From contig WTZQ01000003.1 of NCBI GenBank assembly GCA_009889635.1, positions 5,251 to 69,250 of the forward strand: a DNA stretch of 64,000 nt. Reading direction: 5' to 3'. Positions within the stretch are counted from its first letter, which is position 1. The number at the start of each line of letters is the position of its first letter. A program made the translations under genes and the position numbers. This document shows positions 1 through 9,969 of the stretch, piece by piece. Under the pieces are notes generated by a model, which worked only from the letters and a program-made list of their open reading frames with translations, was not told where the DNA came from and searched no databases. Source of the DNA: Candidatus Hikarchaeum yamanae (GTDB lineage Archaea > Halobacteriota > Halobacteria > Halobacteriales > Hikarchaeaceae).

Positions 1-2
1 AA

Positions 3-1025
3 GTTGGGAGAAACGGAAAGTCGAAGTATTATTCAACCCCTCTTAAACCCGATGCAGTACTTCCTGACCGACTCGTTTTTAGAAAAACTATAGAAGACAG
101 AAACGGTCGACACACTCACCAGGGCAGTCTTGTCATCCTCGGATTGAAAGGATCTGGAGAAACATTAGTCGACGACGTTCGACATCCATGGGGGCCAGAA
201 GATCTTATTATCCTTCCTATAAAACCAGGTGGCATTGAGCACCAACATTTCAATATGAGGGGACCCGATGACCCTGCGGAATGGATCGCATTCATTCACG
301 TACCGTATCTAGAAGAACTCGGTGCGGAACTCACTCAAAATGAAGTTTACAAAGAGTGGCAAGAAAAACACTCTCACATGATGTCTGCAGATGACTTCGA
401 AGAGTATGATGACCACTACGATTTATTTCTAGACTTCGACTATGCAGACTGGGCTGACTACACACCCCCTGAAACAACCAACAGCTTGTACGATGATCTA
501 GTCGTTTTACGAAACAATTACCGAAAAATGGTCGCCCAGGCACAAGGGGCTGGAAATTGGGCTGTAATCCGGGGCGAAGATCTAGAATACGAAATCAATC
601 CCCAAGGAAAAATGAAATGGTATCTCCACCCTTCCTTTGAAGACCGATCTATGCGATCTCTTCTATTCTATATTCAAGAAATTCCACCCGGAAGCCGAAG
701 TGGAAAACAACATCGACAAGGGGGATTAGTCCATTACATAATGGGGGGGAAAGGACATACTATTATAGATGGAGCTAGATACCCCGATGGACCAAAACGC
801 CTCGAATGGGAAGCCGAGGATTATATGGCAATACCTCTATCCCCCGAAGGATGTCAGTTCCAACATTTCAACGACGACCCAGAGAATCCGGCAAAAATGG
901 TCGTTACAGAACCCTCTCATGGCTATGAACTCGGATGGTTAGATCTAGGATGTGGATTTGAACAGTTAGAAAATTGTCCAGAGTACGACGCACTAGATGA
1001 CTCTGAAAAATCAACAGCAATCTAA
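3..1025 (+). CDS. bicupin-domain protein (dioxygenase/isomerase-like), 5'-partial at window edge
   Basis: Frame is open from nt 3 with no stop, so the TTG at 144 in the ORF track is probably internal. Two cupin modules: GRHTHQGSLVILGLKGSG...PGGIEHQHFN and GKQHRQGGLVHYIMGGKGHTIIDG...PEGCQFQHFN. Confidence 0.6.
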   Translation, partial: VGRNGKSKYYSTPLKPDAVLPDRLVFRKTIEDRNGRHTHQGSLVILGLKGSGETLVDDVRHPWGPEDLIILPIKPGGIEHQHFNMRGPDDPAEWIAFIHVPYLEELGAELTQNEVYKEWQEKHSHMMSADDFEEYDDHYDLFLDFDYADWADYTPPETTNSLYDDLVVLRNNYRKMVAQAQGAGNWAVIRGEDLEYEINPQGKMKWYLHPSFEDRSMRSLLFYIQEIPPGSRSGKQHRQGGLVHYIMGGKGHTIIDGARYPDGPKRLEWEAEDYMAIPLSPEGCQFQHFNDDPENPAKMVVTEPSHGYELGWLDLGCGFEQLENCPEYDALDDSEKSTAI

Positions 1026-1077
1026 CTAATTTTTCAAAAGTAAACACTTTATCCCCTCCTCCACCTGATATAGTATA

Positions 1078-3084
1078 ATGTTAGATTACGCAGCAATACA
1101 GATTTCAATGCGGGAATGGATTCGAACAGAACCCGCGACCGAGAAGGAGATCGAATATGCAGCAAAAATCCAACCTGGGATGTATGAAGTCTATTCCAAT
1201 AAGTTAGACGTGGCTCTCGATGAGGCTAGAACTGTGTTTGTCCGAACTGGAGTTTCTGCGTTTCTTCGATCCGGGGATCTAGTGGTTGGATTACATAATG
1301 CAAAAGGAGATCTAGTCTCTGCTAGTTGTGGTACTTATATCCACGCTGCCATAGCACAATTGCCGATAAAATATATAATCGATCTATACATTGATGGAAA
1401 TTCCAATGTCAAAGTTCGCCCAGGAGATATTTTTTATACCAATGAAGCACTTGTTGGGGGTCTGCACAACCCCGATCAATTCGCAATCATGCCTATTTTC
1501 TTCGAAGACGAATTGATAGCTTGGAGCTCTGCCGCAGTCCACCAACAAGAAACAGGCGCGATCGAACCCGGCGGGATGCCTCAAAAAGCAACTTCTCGAC
1601 ATGATGAAGGCATGCGTCTTACTCCTATTAAAATCGCTGAGAATTATGAAATTAGAGATGATCTGATGGATATGATGGTCAACTTTATTTCTCGTGCTCC
1701 GCAAATGCAAGAAATAGATGTCAGAGCGAGATGCACTGCTACGGATAAACTACGCCACAGGGTCCAAGAATTAGCCCAAGAAATTGGACCCGAACATGTC
1801 CATGGACTCTTCCGAAAAATAATCGATGCCGCAGAATCTGGAGCAAGAGCTAGAATTTCTTCCTGGACTGACGGGGTCTACAAATCTGTCGCATTCGTCG
1901 ATACCACCGGCAACGATGAAACTTTATTAAAAGTTGCATTAGCTGTACACAAAAAGGGGGATTCTATCCATTTAGATTTCACTGGCACTTCACCAGAATG
2001 TGATGGGTCTTACAATACCTATGGACATGGCGTGGCTGCATTCCTTGCGACATACATATATCCTTATGTTTTCCATGATCTCCCCGTCTCTACTGGGACG
2101 TTGGCACCTTTCACTTTTGAAGTCCCCGATGGGTCTCTTCTCAACGCAGGTCCTGAGAAATCTGTCTGCAATTGCGTCTATTTAGGAAGATCTGTCATTT
2201 CTCTGTGCTTCGACGCTTTCACACGCCTACTTTATTCCACAGACCCCACCCGCGCCGTGGCAGCCCCTAGCGCCCATTCTGGAGGGGGATCTTTCAAAGG
2301 AATCAATAATATTGGATGGCCAATTTCAGAGAGCTTTTCATTTACACTAAACACCGATGGCCAGGGGGCACGCCACGACAAAGACGGTATGAATGCTCAT
2401 GGGTTCTTTTACTCACCATGGGGGAAAACAAACAACCTAGAAGATTTCGAAGAACATGGTATTTTTCTCGGATTGACACGAAGGCATTTCAATGATGCCC
2501 ATGGGTTTGGTAAATACAGGGGCGGTGTTGGAACTCAAAATGTTAATGTAGTCATTTCTGGTCCTGTTGAAGTAACTTCTCGTGGGAAAGGATCTAGAAT
2601 TCCTCATGACAATGGGGTTTTTGGTGGCTATGCTTCCACTTCATTACCAGGAATCTCTATCATTGGAAGCGACGCACTAGATCTTTTAGAAAATGGAACT
2701 GACTTTCCCGTTTCCGTTCGAGACTTGGTCGTTGACAAATCCCTTTCTGGCGATTACCGATTCGAGCGAATCAATCGAAGTAATCGAACCCTTGACAAGG
2801 GCGACATCTGGATAACCCTATCTTCTGGTGGTGGTGGCTTTGGAGATCCAATCGAACGTGACCCTGAAGATGTTCTTTCTGATTTTAATAAACATTTCAT
2901 CTCTGAATGGACTGCAACAAACGTTTACCATGTTTGTATTCGCGATGGCGTTTTAGATCTCAATGAAACTTCCAAACTTAGGGAAGAAGCATTAAAATCC
3001 CGTTTATCCCGTGGAACTTCATACGACACCTTTTCTAATGCCTGGTCTAAACAAAGTCCCCCCATACCCGTTTCTACATTTTAA
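1078..3084 (+). CDS. hydantoinase B / oxoprolinase-family protein (acetone-carboxylase alpha-like)
   Basis: 668 aa. C-terminal signature SSGGGGFGDPIERDPEDVLSD...YHV is typical of the Hydantoinase_B family. Confidence 0.8.
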   Translation: MLDYAAIQISMREWIRTEPATEKEIEYAAKIQPGMYEVYSNKLDVALDEARTVFVRTGVSAFLRSGDLVVGLHNAKGDLVSASCGTYIHAAIAQLPIKYIIDLYIDGNSNVKVRPGDIFYTNEALVGGLHNPDQFAIMPIFFEDELIAWSSAAVHQQETGAIEPGGMPQKATSRHDEGMRLTPIKIAENYEIRDDLMDMMVNFISRAPQMQEIDVRARCTATDKLRHRVQELAQEIGPEHVHGLFRKIIDAAESGARARISSWTDGVYKSVAFVDTTGNDETLLKVALAVHKKGDSIHLDFTGTSPECDGSYNTYGHGVAAFLATYIYPYVFHDLPVSTGTLAPFTFEVPDGSLLNAGPEKSVCNCVYLGRSVISLCFDAFTRLLYSTDPTRAVAAPSAHSGGGSFKGINNIGWPISESFSFTLNTDGQGARHDKDGMNAHGFFYSPWGKTNNLEDFEEHGIFLGLTRRHFNDAHGFGKYRGGVGTQNVNVVISGPVEVTSRGKGSRIPHDNGVFGGYASTSLPGISIIGSDALDLLENGTDFPVSVRDLVVDKSLSGDYRFERINRSNRTLDKGDIWITLSSGGGGFGDPIERDPEDVLSDFNKHFISEWTATNVYHVCIRDGVLDLNETSKLREEALKSRLSRGTSYDTFSNAWSKQSPPIPVSTF

Positions 3085-3143
3085 CCCATTTTTCCTTTTT
3101 CTAAATATACAACTTAATTACGGTCACAGGTCTCTAAACCCCC

Positions 3144-3938
3144 ATGGAACCTTCTGATTTCCTTGGAAAAACTATTATTGTCACTGGGGCAGCCAGCGGC
3201 GTTGGAAAGGCAATAGCCACTCGTTTTATGAACGGAGGCGGCGATGTAGTGGTCGCTGATATAGATCTAAACCATGCAAAAGAAACTGCAGAATCTCTCA
3301 ACGGGGCTGGAACTTCTTACGCAGTACAAGTAGACGTAAGAGACGAACAGTCTGTCAAATCTATGGTTGAATATACACTCAAAAACTGCGATTCACTTGA
3401 TGTATTAGTAAATAACGCAGGAATCTTTCAAAAATCAATTCCGTCCATTGAACAATCTCTAGAAGAATGGACACGTGTCATGGATGTCCATGTACAAGGG
3501 ACTTATCTATGTTCGAAAATAGCCGCAGTCCCTATGTTGGAACAAAAACAAGGTGCCATTGTAAACATCTCTTCCAATGCCGGATTTGCTGCATTCCCAT
3601 ACCGAACCGGATACAGTACTGCAAAAGCAGCGATAAACATGTTGACAAAAGTGTTTGCCATTGAATGGGCCTCCGACGGGGTCCGAGTCAATGCAATAGC
3701 CCCCAATTTTGTGGAAAAAGATCGAACCATCGATAGAGCCCTCGGGGAAGAAACTGTAAGGACAATAGGGGGTGGTGCAGATTTAGATTCGATTTTAGCA
3801 CGAACTCCAACTCACCGCCTAACATCGCTCGGATCGATCTCCGAATCCGTTGCATTTCTAGCTTCTGATAAAATCCCAGATGTTACTGGGGCCATTCTCC
3901 CAGTCGATGGAGGCTGGACTGCATACGGCTATTATTGA
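3144..3938 (+). CDS. short-chain dehydrogenase/reductase (SDR)
   Basis: TGAASGVGKA Rossmann motif, NNAG, catalytic YSTAKAA (Y-x3-K); 264 aa. Confidence 0.9.
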   Translation: MEPSDFLGKTIIVTGAASGVGKAIATRFMNGGGDVVVADIDLNHAKETAESLNGAGTSYAVQVDVRDEQSVKSMVEYTLKNCDSLDVLVNNAGIFQKSIPSIEQSLEEWTRVMDVHVQGTYLCSKIAAVPMLEQKQGAIVNISSNAGFAAFPYRTGYSTAKAAINMLTKVFAIEWASDGVRVNAIAPNFVEKDRTIDRALGEETVRTIGGGADLDSILARTPTHRLTSLGSISESVAFLASDKIPDVTGAILPVDGGWTAYGYY

Positions 3939-3983
3939 ATTCATCAGCCTTTTATCCTCCATACTCTATTATTCATTACAAAT

Positions 3984-4340
3984 ATGGTTTCTGTCGAAAT
4001 TACTCCCTATTTAGATATAAACTTGGATTCTGAGATGTGGGTTTGTAGCTCTTGTAATGGAGATTTGATAGATTGCAATTCAAATTACAAAACTGGATGT
4101 ACAATCGCAGAGAGGGACCCCTCTGAAATACATCATTCTGAGATTGACACCGAATATAAATTTTCTCCAGACCCTAAATGGTGTAAAATTATTGAATTTT
4201 ATTGTCCCCATTGCGGAATCATGATCGAAAATGAATATTTGCCCCTTGGTCATCCTATAACTCATGACATAGACATAGATATTGACCAACTTCGCACAAA
4301 AATATCTGAAGGTAGCATCCACCTGCGCACAAAACCATGA
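3984..4340 (+). CDS. small Cys-rich protein resembling acetone carboxylase gamma subunit
   Basis: 118 aa with CSSC...NYK...CPHCG...LPLGHP. ATGA overlap with the downstream HyuA-like gene. Confidence 0.55.
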   Translation: MVSVEITPYLDINLDSEMWVCSSCNGDLIDCNSNYKTGCTIAERDPSEIHHSEIDTEYKFSPDPKWCKIIEFYCPHCGIMIENEYLPLGHPITHDIDIDIDQLRTKISEGSIHLRTKP

Positions 4341-6490
4341 CAAAAAAGCTTAACACAACCATTGATGTCGATATAGGTGGAACTTTCACTGACTGTTTCG
4401 TTCGCTCAAATGGAACTATAGTCACCGGAAAAGCAGAGACCACTAGTCACGATTTGTCCATTGGATTTCTCAATTCTATCATCTCCGCATCTAGAGATCT
4501 AAATGTTGACCCCAATGACCTAATTGCCAGTGCAACCGCAATTCGATACTCTACAACTTTCGCGTTAAACAAATTAATTTCTCGAAGTGGTTCAAAACTT
4601 GGAGTTCTTGTCACCAATGGACTTGAAGACATAGTCCCTGTTGGGCGCGGATCACAATGGACCGATGGGATGACGGTACATGAACAACGAAATGTTTCAC
4701 GATCCGATAAACCAGAACCCATAGTTCCTCAAGATATGATAGTCGGCGTTCGCGAACGAATCAATTTCAAAGGTGAAATCATGCGGCCACTCGACGAAGC
4801 CGATCTTCGCGATAAAGTACGATACCTGGTTGAACAAGGAGCCAGAGGGTTCGCCGTGTGCCTCGCATGGTCTCACAGAAATCCTACTCATGAACAAAAA
4901 GTCAGAGAAATAATATCCGATGAATACCCCGATGCATATCTCGGAAGTGCACCTGCATTTTTATCTTCTGAAATAAGCAGAAAAAAAGGTGAATATGAAC
5001 GCACAATTACAACTATGCTAAGTGCATATCTTCATCAATCTATGATCGATGAATTGTATGGCATTGGAGATGAACTTAGACAGCGCGGATATGTTAAACC
5101 ACTTCAAATGATTCACAACACCGGTGGGACTGCAGAAATCTTCCGAACGAGTGCAATTGATACATTCAAAGGCGGTCCTGCTTCTGCTCTGGTCGGTGGT
5201 TCTTATCTTGGTGGTATCTATGGTTATGAAAATGTGATTGCAGCAGACATGGGGGGAACTAGTTTTGATCTATCTTTGATCGCTGGAGGGGCTTCTCGAA
5301 CTTACAATCTTGAACCCGTCGTAGATCGCTGGAGGGTTCATAGCACCATGCTCAAAAGTCAGTCCATAGGTGCTGGTGGGGGGTCTATCGCACGAGTAAG
5401 GGTGGATCTAGACAACAAAATAGAAGTTGGACCAGAGAGTGCTGGATCAAATCCAGGCCCTGCCTGTTATAACCAAGGTGGACGGAATCCAACTGTAACT
5501 GATGCAGATGTTATCTTAGGCTATATAGATCCCTCTGGATTCCATGGGGGGGAAAAACCACTGAGTGTACGACACGCAGAGCGTGCAGTACAGCGACAAG
5601 TTGCAGATCCACTCGGAATAGATGTGGTCGAAGCAGCGAGTTTGATCCGCTCCATAACTGATGCTGAAATGGGAAGTACCATCTACAAGGAGACTGCACT
5701 CCGGGGGTATGATCCTCAAAATTTTGTTCTATTTGCCATTGGGGGCGCTGGACCAACACACGCAGAAGGATTCGCAAAACACGCCGGAGTGAACACAATC
5801 ATCGTATTCCCCTATTCCTCTGTATTTTCTGCTTTTGGTTCTAGTGTCATGGATACAAAACATATCTACGAACAGTCTTTACATATCCCTCTACTCCAAC
5901 CAGGGACTTTGGATCCTTACCAAAATTTCGACGAATTCAACCAAACAGTACTCGATCTCCAAGAACTAGCGATCCACGATTTTAATGGCGAGGGGTATGG
6001 GGAAGATCAACTTTCATTTGAATTATATCTTGACATGAAATACGGGGGGCAGTTGGATGTGACTCGCGTTACTTCTCCTCTAACTGAACTCACTTCCGAT
6101 CAGGATATCTCAACCATTTCATCCGCATTTGAGAAAGAGTACAATGAGGTGTATAGTCCGATATCTACTACTCCCCAAAACGGAGTGGAAATAGACAATT
6201 TTGTACTCCAAGCAACTGCCCCTCGTGACAAACCACTTCTAGCGGAATATCCATTGTCTGGATCCGACCCACAATCTGCAGAAACAGGATCAAGACCTGT
6301 CTATTGGCTTCCCGACGGTTTTCAATCTTCCATCATCTATGACTGGAGTAAATTACTCTCTGGAAATGTTGTCAATGGGCCTGCAATCATCGAAGCCCCT
6401 TTTACAACCATAGCTGTCCCACCAAACTCAACGTATACGGTCGATAACAAATTAACTGGAATCTTATCACTCTCGTTTGAATCTTCTTAA
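4337..6490 (+). CDS. hydantoinase A / oxoprolinase-family protein (acetone-carboxylase beta-like)
   Basis: 717 aa. N-terminal IDVDIGGTFTDCF and internal ADMGGTSFD are actin-like ATPase motifs typical of Hydantoinase_A. Confidence 0.85.
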   Translation: MTKKLNTTIDVDIGGTFTDCFVRSNGTIVTGKAETTSHDLSIGFLNSIISASRDLNVDPNDLIASATAIRYSTTFALNKLISRSGSKLGVLVTNGLEDIVPVGRGSQWTDGMTVHEQRNVSRSDKPEPIVPQDMIVGVRERINFKGEIMRPLDEADLRDKVRYLVEQGARGFAVCLAWSHRNPTHEQKVREIISDEYPDAYLGSAPAFLSSEISRKKGEYERTITTMLSAYLHQSMIDELYGIGDELRQRGYVKPLQMIHNTGGTAEIFRTSAIDTFKGGPASALVGGSYLGGIYGYENVIAADMGGTSFDLSLIAGGASRTYNLEPVVDRWRVHSTMLKSQSIGAGGGSIARVRVDLDNKIEVGPESAGSNPGPACYNQGGRNPTVTDADVILGYIDPSGFHGGEKPLSVRHAERAVQRQVADPLGIDVVEAASLIRSITDAEMGSTIYKETALRGYDPQNFVLFAIGGAGPTHAEGFAKHAGVNTIIVFPYSSVFSAFGSSVMDTKHIYEQSLHIPLLQPGTLDPYQNFDEFNQTVLDLQELAIHDFNGEGYGEDQLSFELYLDMKYGGQLDVTRVTSPLTELTSDQDISTISSAFEKEYNEVYSPISTTPQNGVEIDNFVLQATAPRDKPLLAEYPLSGSDPQSAETGSRPVYWLPDGFQSSIIYDWSKLLSGNVVNGPAIIEAPFTTIAVPPNSTYTVDNKLTGILSLSFESS

Positions 6491-6491
6491 C

Positions 6492-6929
6492 TTATCTTAT
6501 GTCTACGCCGTCTGGAATGACTGAAGAAGTATCTATAATTTTCTCCGGTAGAATCTGAATTAGATATCGTTCCTTTTTCTTTTGAAATGGGTATTCTTGT
6601 ACTCCCCATCTTCGTTGGGCCTCTTGGTCTAGAAATTCTTTCCCCCCTCGTTTTGACATGCTTACTACCTTTCCCCTAACTAAGTACACTTCATATGGGT
6701 TTTCTGGAGCAGAAATTGTAAGTGCTACTCTCGGGTCCCGTTTCATATTTGCATGCCTCACGTGCTCTATTCCTCCGGCAGTTATTATATATTCACCATC
6801 AATGCCCACCCATACTGGAACTACATGAGGGGATCCATCTTCCATTATGGTGGCGAGACTTGAAAAAACATTTTTTTCGAACATCTCTATGAATTTTTTT
6901 GACATTCTCATACTTCTTCCAGGGTCCAC
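6492..6929 (-). CDS. pyridoxamine 5'-phosphate oxidase-family (PPOX/flavin- or F420-binding split barrel) protein
   Basis: GSPHVVPVWVGIDGEYIIT...KRDPRVALTI pattern; 145 aa. Confidence 0.6.
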   Translation of the reverse strand: MDPGRSMRMSKKFIEMFEKNVFSSLATIMEDGSPHVVPVWVGIDGEYIITAGGIEHVRHANMKRDPRVALTISAPENPYEVYLVRGKVVSMSKRGGKEFLDQEAQRRWGVQEYPFQKKKERYLIQILPEKIIDTSSVIPDGVDIR

Positions 6930-7025
6930 CCACTCTTAATCCTATCTCAACCCCCTCTATTATTTGACCAGTTAGTCTGTTGAGATATCAAATAATTATT
7001 ATACTTAAGTGATCTCTCCGTACTT

Positions 7026-8012
7026 ATGGTTGATACCGAATTTGGCTATAAGGATGAAAGCTATTATAAAACTCCTTGGAAAAGTTACCAAGGCCATAAT
7101 GCAGATCCAATTGACACTTTGGATACTCCTCTAATAATAGAAGTCGCCCCTTGTGGATCATTTATAAAAAGAGATTTGAATCCCCACCAACCTTATGTGG
7201 CAGAAGAAGTTGCAGATCAGGTAATCGGGGCGATGAATGCTGGGGCTTCTATGGCACATCTCCACGTCCGCAGGGAGGATGGTATTCCCGATGCATCCCC
7301 TGAGACTATAGTTAAAACAATTAAACTAATCCAAAAAGAACACAATCCTATTACTACTATTAATGTAAGGAGCAACATCGAAGGTGCCACTTTTGGGGTC
7401 CCTCTTTTAGAACAAACTATCGGTAGGATTCTCGATGAGTACGGTCCTGGATATGTTGATATGGTTACTGGCTCCCCTTTGGGAGATGCCTTAGACCCTA
7501 GAGCCCCTTTCGTGATGAACCCTGATATTTTACAAGGATGGGTGAACTTCCTCCAAGACAATGGCCTCAAACCGGAAATGATGGCTTATTCTTACAAAGC
7601 ATACCCTCGACTCAAAAGATGGCTTGTTGACACAGGAGTCTGGAAAAAACCCTATTATGTAAACACAACTTGTGGTGATCACGCATACTTCACCTCCGGC
7701 CCAACCGCCCCTCACCCCTGGGGGGCACTATATTTAGCTTCTATGTGGGAAACAAACCCACTCCCTAGAGAAGACACCGTTCAGGGGAGTGTTGTAGGTG
7801 GAAGAAATTGGCTACCTCTGACAGTCGAGGCAATAATGATGGGGTATCAAGTCGTACGTATAGGTATGGAAGACACCGTATACATGTATCCTCATAAAGA
7901 TGAAAAAATAAAAACCTGCCAGCAAGTAGTCGAAACCGTAGTTAATATCTGTGAAAACCTTGGCCGTGAAATTGCTACACCAAAACAAGCAAGAAAAATT
8001 TTGGGAATTTAA
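7026..8012 (+). CDS. beta-keto acid cleavage enzyme (BKACE/DUF849, 3-keto-5-aminohexanoate cleavage-like)
   Basis: PLIIEVAPCGS and AGASMAHLHVRREDG motifs; 328 aa. Confidence 0.75.
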   Translation: MVDTEFGYKDESYYKTPWKSYQGHNADPIDTLDTPLIIEVAPCGSFIKRDLNPHQPYVAEEVADQVIGAMNAGASMAHLHVRREDGIPDASPETIVKTIKLIQKEHNPITTINVRSNIEGATFGVPLLEQTIGRILDEYGPGYVDMVTGSPLGDALDPRAPFVMNPDILQGWVNFLQDNGLKPEMMAYSYKAYPRLKRWLVDTGVWKKPYYVNTTCGDHAYFTSGPTAPHPWGALYLASMWETNPLPREDTVQGSVVGGRNWLPLTVEAIMMGYQVVRIGMEDTVYMYPHKDEKIKTCQQVVETVVNICENLGREIATPKQARKILGI

Positions 8013-8020
8013 TTCCATTT

Positions 8021-8494
8021 TCAATATAATTGGAAGTATCGGATCACTCCTATACTCCATGCTATAATCCAGATTATTAGAAATCCCATTACTCCTACTC
8101 TTAGTCTCCTTCTCCATAGATCAATCCCATCTCCCAATTCTTCAATTGGAATCGAGTCATCTGGAACTTGATATAGGTTCAAAGATCTCTTCGCATTAAA
8201 TATTTTGATTATTCCTGTCAATGCAAAGATCAAAAATGCATATGCCTGGAGGCCCACAAAAGTGTGTAACGCAATGTATCCATCTAACCGAGAAAAGGAT
8301 CTAGGTATCATCCACACAATAATGGGGAATGTAGTAAGTGCAAGACCTGTAAAAATAAATTTTAAATGGTGGACTAAAACCCCCCATGTAACTACTTTTT
8401 CTCTAAGAATTATCCATGCACCATATATGTAAAATGGAAAACTAGCCGTAACAGTAATTAAAACTATTGTGGCAATTATTGCATCTCCATTCAT
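8021..8494 (-). CDS. integral membrane protein, unknown function
   Basis: 157 aa, about 4-5 hydrophobic helices; no family recognised. Confidence 0.45.
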   Translation of the reverse strand: MNGDAIIATIVLITVTASFPFYIYGAWIILREKVVTWGVLVHHLKFIFTGLALTTFPIIVWMIPRSFSRLDGYIALHTFVGLQAYAFLIFALTGIIKIFNAKRSLNLYQVPDDSIPIEELGDGIDLWRRRLRVGVMGFLIIWIIAWSIGVIRYFQLY

Positions 8495-8564
8495 CCCGTT
8501 CGTTCAAACCAAACACCCTAAGATCACTTAATTTTTGCTCTTCGGTTAACAATATGAAAACACC

Positions 8565-9218
8565 TTGTCCAGCCCCAACGAAGAATCACTCACTCCACCT
8601 GACTCCGATCTCCCCTCTGATCTAGAATTTTCTATAGTTGGCAAAGAATTGTTAAATCGTGTAGAACTAGACATTAGAGATCGAATCTCTAGGCGGAATA
8701 TCATAGCCGCAATAGAAACAATCCATATTGACGACGAAGAGAATCTTTTAATCTATGACGATGCCGGATATGCTCTTATAGCACTCGACGGTTCAGTGAG
8801 TGGGATGGGTTCAATCCGAACCGAGATAGAAAATATAGTTGTACTTTGCTCTATGGACACTTACGATGTGCCCGAACTACCTGCAGGGGATTTCTCTCTC
8901 AATATTGATGCAATCTCCAAATCCTCCTCTGGAATTGGAAATAAATTGCTTCAAATATTGGCATCATCCTTCTTGATCATTGGAATTCTACTTCTTTTTT
9001 CACCCCTTTTTATAAACTTTCCCCGTCCCGGTTCCGGAATTCTCACCACTGTCTCTGGATTTGGTTTTATTTTTACCGGGCTATTCCTACTCTTAGTCGT
9101 AGTCCACTCGCGTCTATCTGATCGTTTTCGGTCCACGGAGTACGAAGATCGACTAAAAAAAATTGGAATTGGATCCGATTTCCGACCCGATTTTCTCCCC
9201 CCTTCTGATAAAAAATAA
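8565..9218 (+). CDS. hypothetical protein with acidic soluble N-domain and two C-terminal TM helices
   Basis: Long ORF with a TTG start in the track (start uncertain); TM segments LLQILASSFLIIGILLLF and GFGFIFTGLFLLLVVV. Confidence 0.4.
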   Translation: MSSPNEESLTPPDSDLPSDLEFSIVGKELLNRVELDIRDRISRRNIIAAIETIHIDDEENLLIYDDAGYALIALDGSVSGMGSIRTEIENIVVLCSMDTYDVPELPAGDFSLNIDAISKSSSGIGNKLLQILASSFLIIGILLLFSPLFINFPRPGSGILTTVSGFGFIFTGLFLLLVVVHSRLSDRFRSTEYEDRLKKIGIGSDFRPDFLPPSDKK

Positions 9219-9302
9219 GATCAATTTTCAGATATTTTATATCTCTGTTTATTTCACACATATCGGTGCCTTTATTGACCTCCTCTACTCATATTCCACT
9301 AT

Positions 9303-9965
9303 ATGCATCGGCGGCATTTCCTTCAATCTGCTACCGGGTCTCTTGCACTTCTTTTTACCTCTCCAATTGTTGCAGCGGCAGAAGTGCCTCCGTCAGCAGA
9401 AGAATCTGCCCAAACTCATGTGGTCGAAATGACCGACGCTATGATTTATGACCCCGATGTGATCACCATTGCACCCGGCGACACAGTCGAATGGATTACC
9501 GTTGGTCAAATGGGACATTCGATCACTGCCTATGAAAATGAATTGCCCGATGGGGCACCCTATTGGGCATCTGGTGGATTTGATTCCGAAGACGATGCCA
9601 GAAGCGGCTACCCCGGTGGAAACATTGCAAAAGACGAAACTTACTCCTATACCTTCGATATGGAAGGGGAATATGGCTATTTCTGTGTCCCTCACGAAAC
9701 CATCCAAATGATCGGTAAAGTAATAGTTAGTGAAGGAGGTGCAGCCACTGCATCAAGTAGCAGTGGCGGCCATGCAGCAGGAATGGGGGCAGGGGGAGAC
9801 GATCCACATTCCGAAGGAGAAGACCCCGAACACATGGGTGTGGCATTCCAAGCACACTGGGTCGGAATAGCAACACTTCTTGGAATATTCGCTTCTCTAG
9901 TATTCACATTTTTCTTCTTAAAGTACAACGAAACGCCACATTCAGGATACCCAAAACAAAAGTGA
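9303..9965 (+). CDS. halocyanin/plastocyanin-like type-1 copper protein, Tat signal, C-terminal membrane anchor
   Basis: MHRRHFLQS twin-Arg signal. Cu ligands GHSITA...YFCVPHETIQM (C-x2-H-x4-M). Gly/Ser/Ala linker, then TM WVGIATLLGIFASLVFTFFFL. Confidence 0.85.
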   Translation: MHRRHFLQSATGSLALLFTSPIVAAAEVPPSAEESAQTHVVEMTDAMIYDPDVITIAPGDTVEWITVGQMGHSITAYENELPDGAPYWASGGFDSEDDARSGYPGGNIAKDETYSYTFDMEGEYGYFCVPHETIQMIGKVIVSEGGAATASSSSGGHAAGMGAGGDDPHSEGEDPEHMGVAFQAHWVGIATLLGIFASLVFTFFFLKYNETPHSGYPKQK

Positions 9966-9969
9966 TAGT

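Noticed and set aside
144-1025. TTG start at 144 for the first ORF
   Set aside because: The frame is open back to nt 3, and the upstream part encodes the first cupin motif (GRHTHQG...). The gene is therefore treated as 5'-partial.
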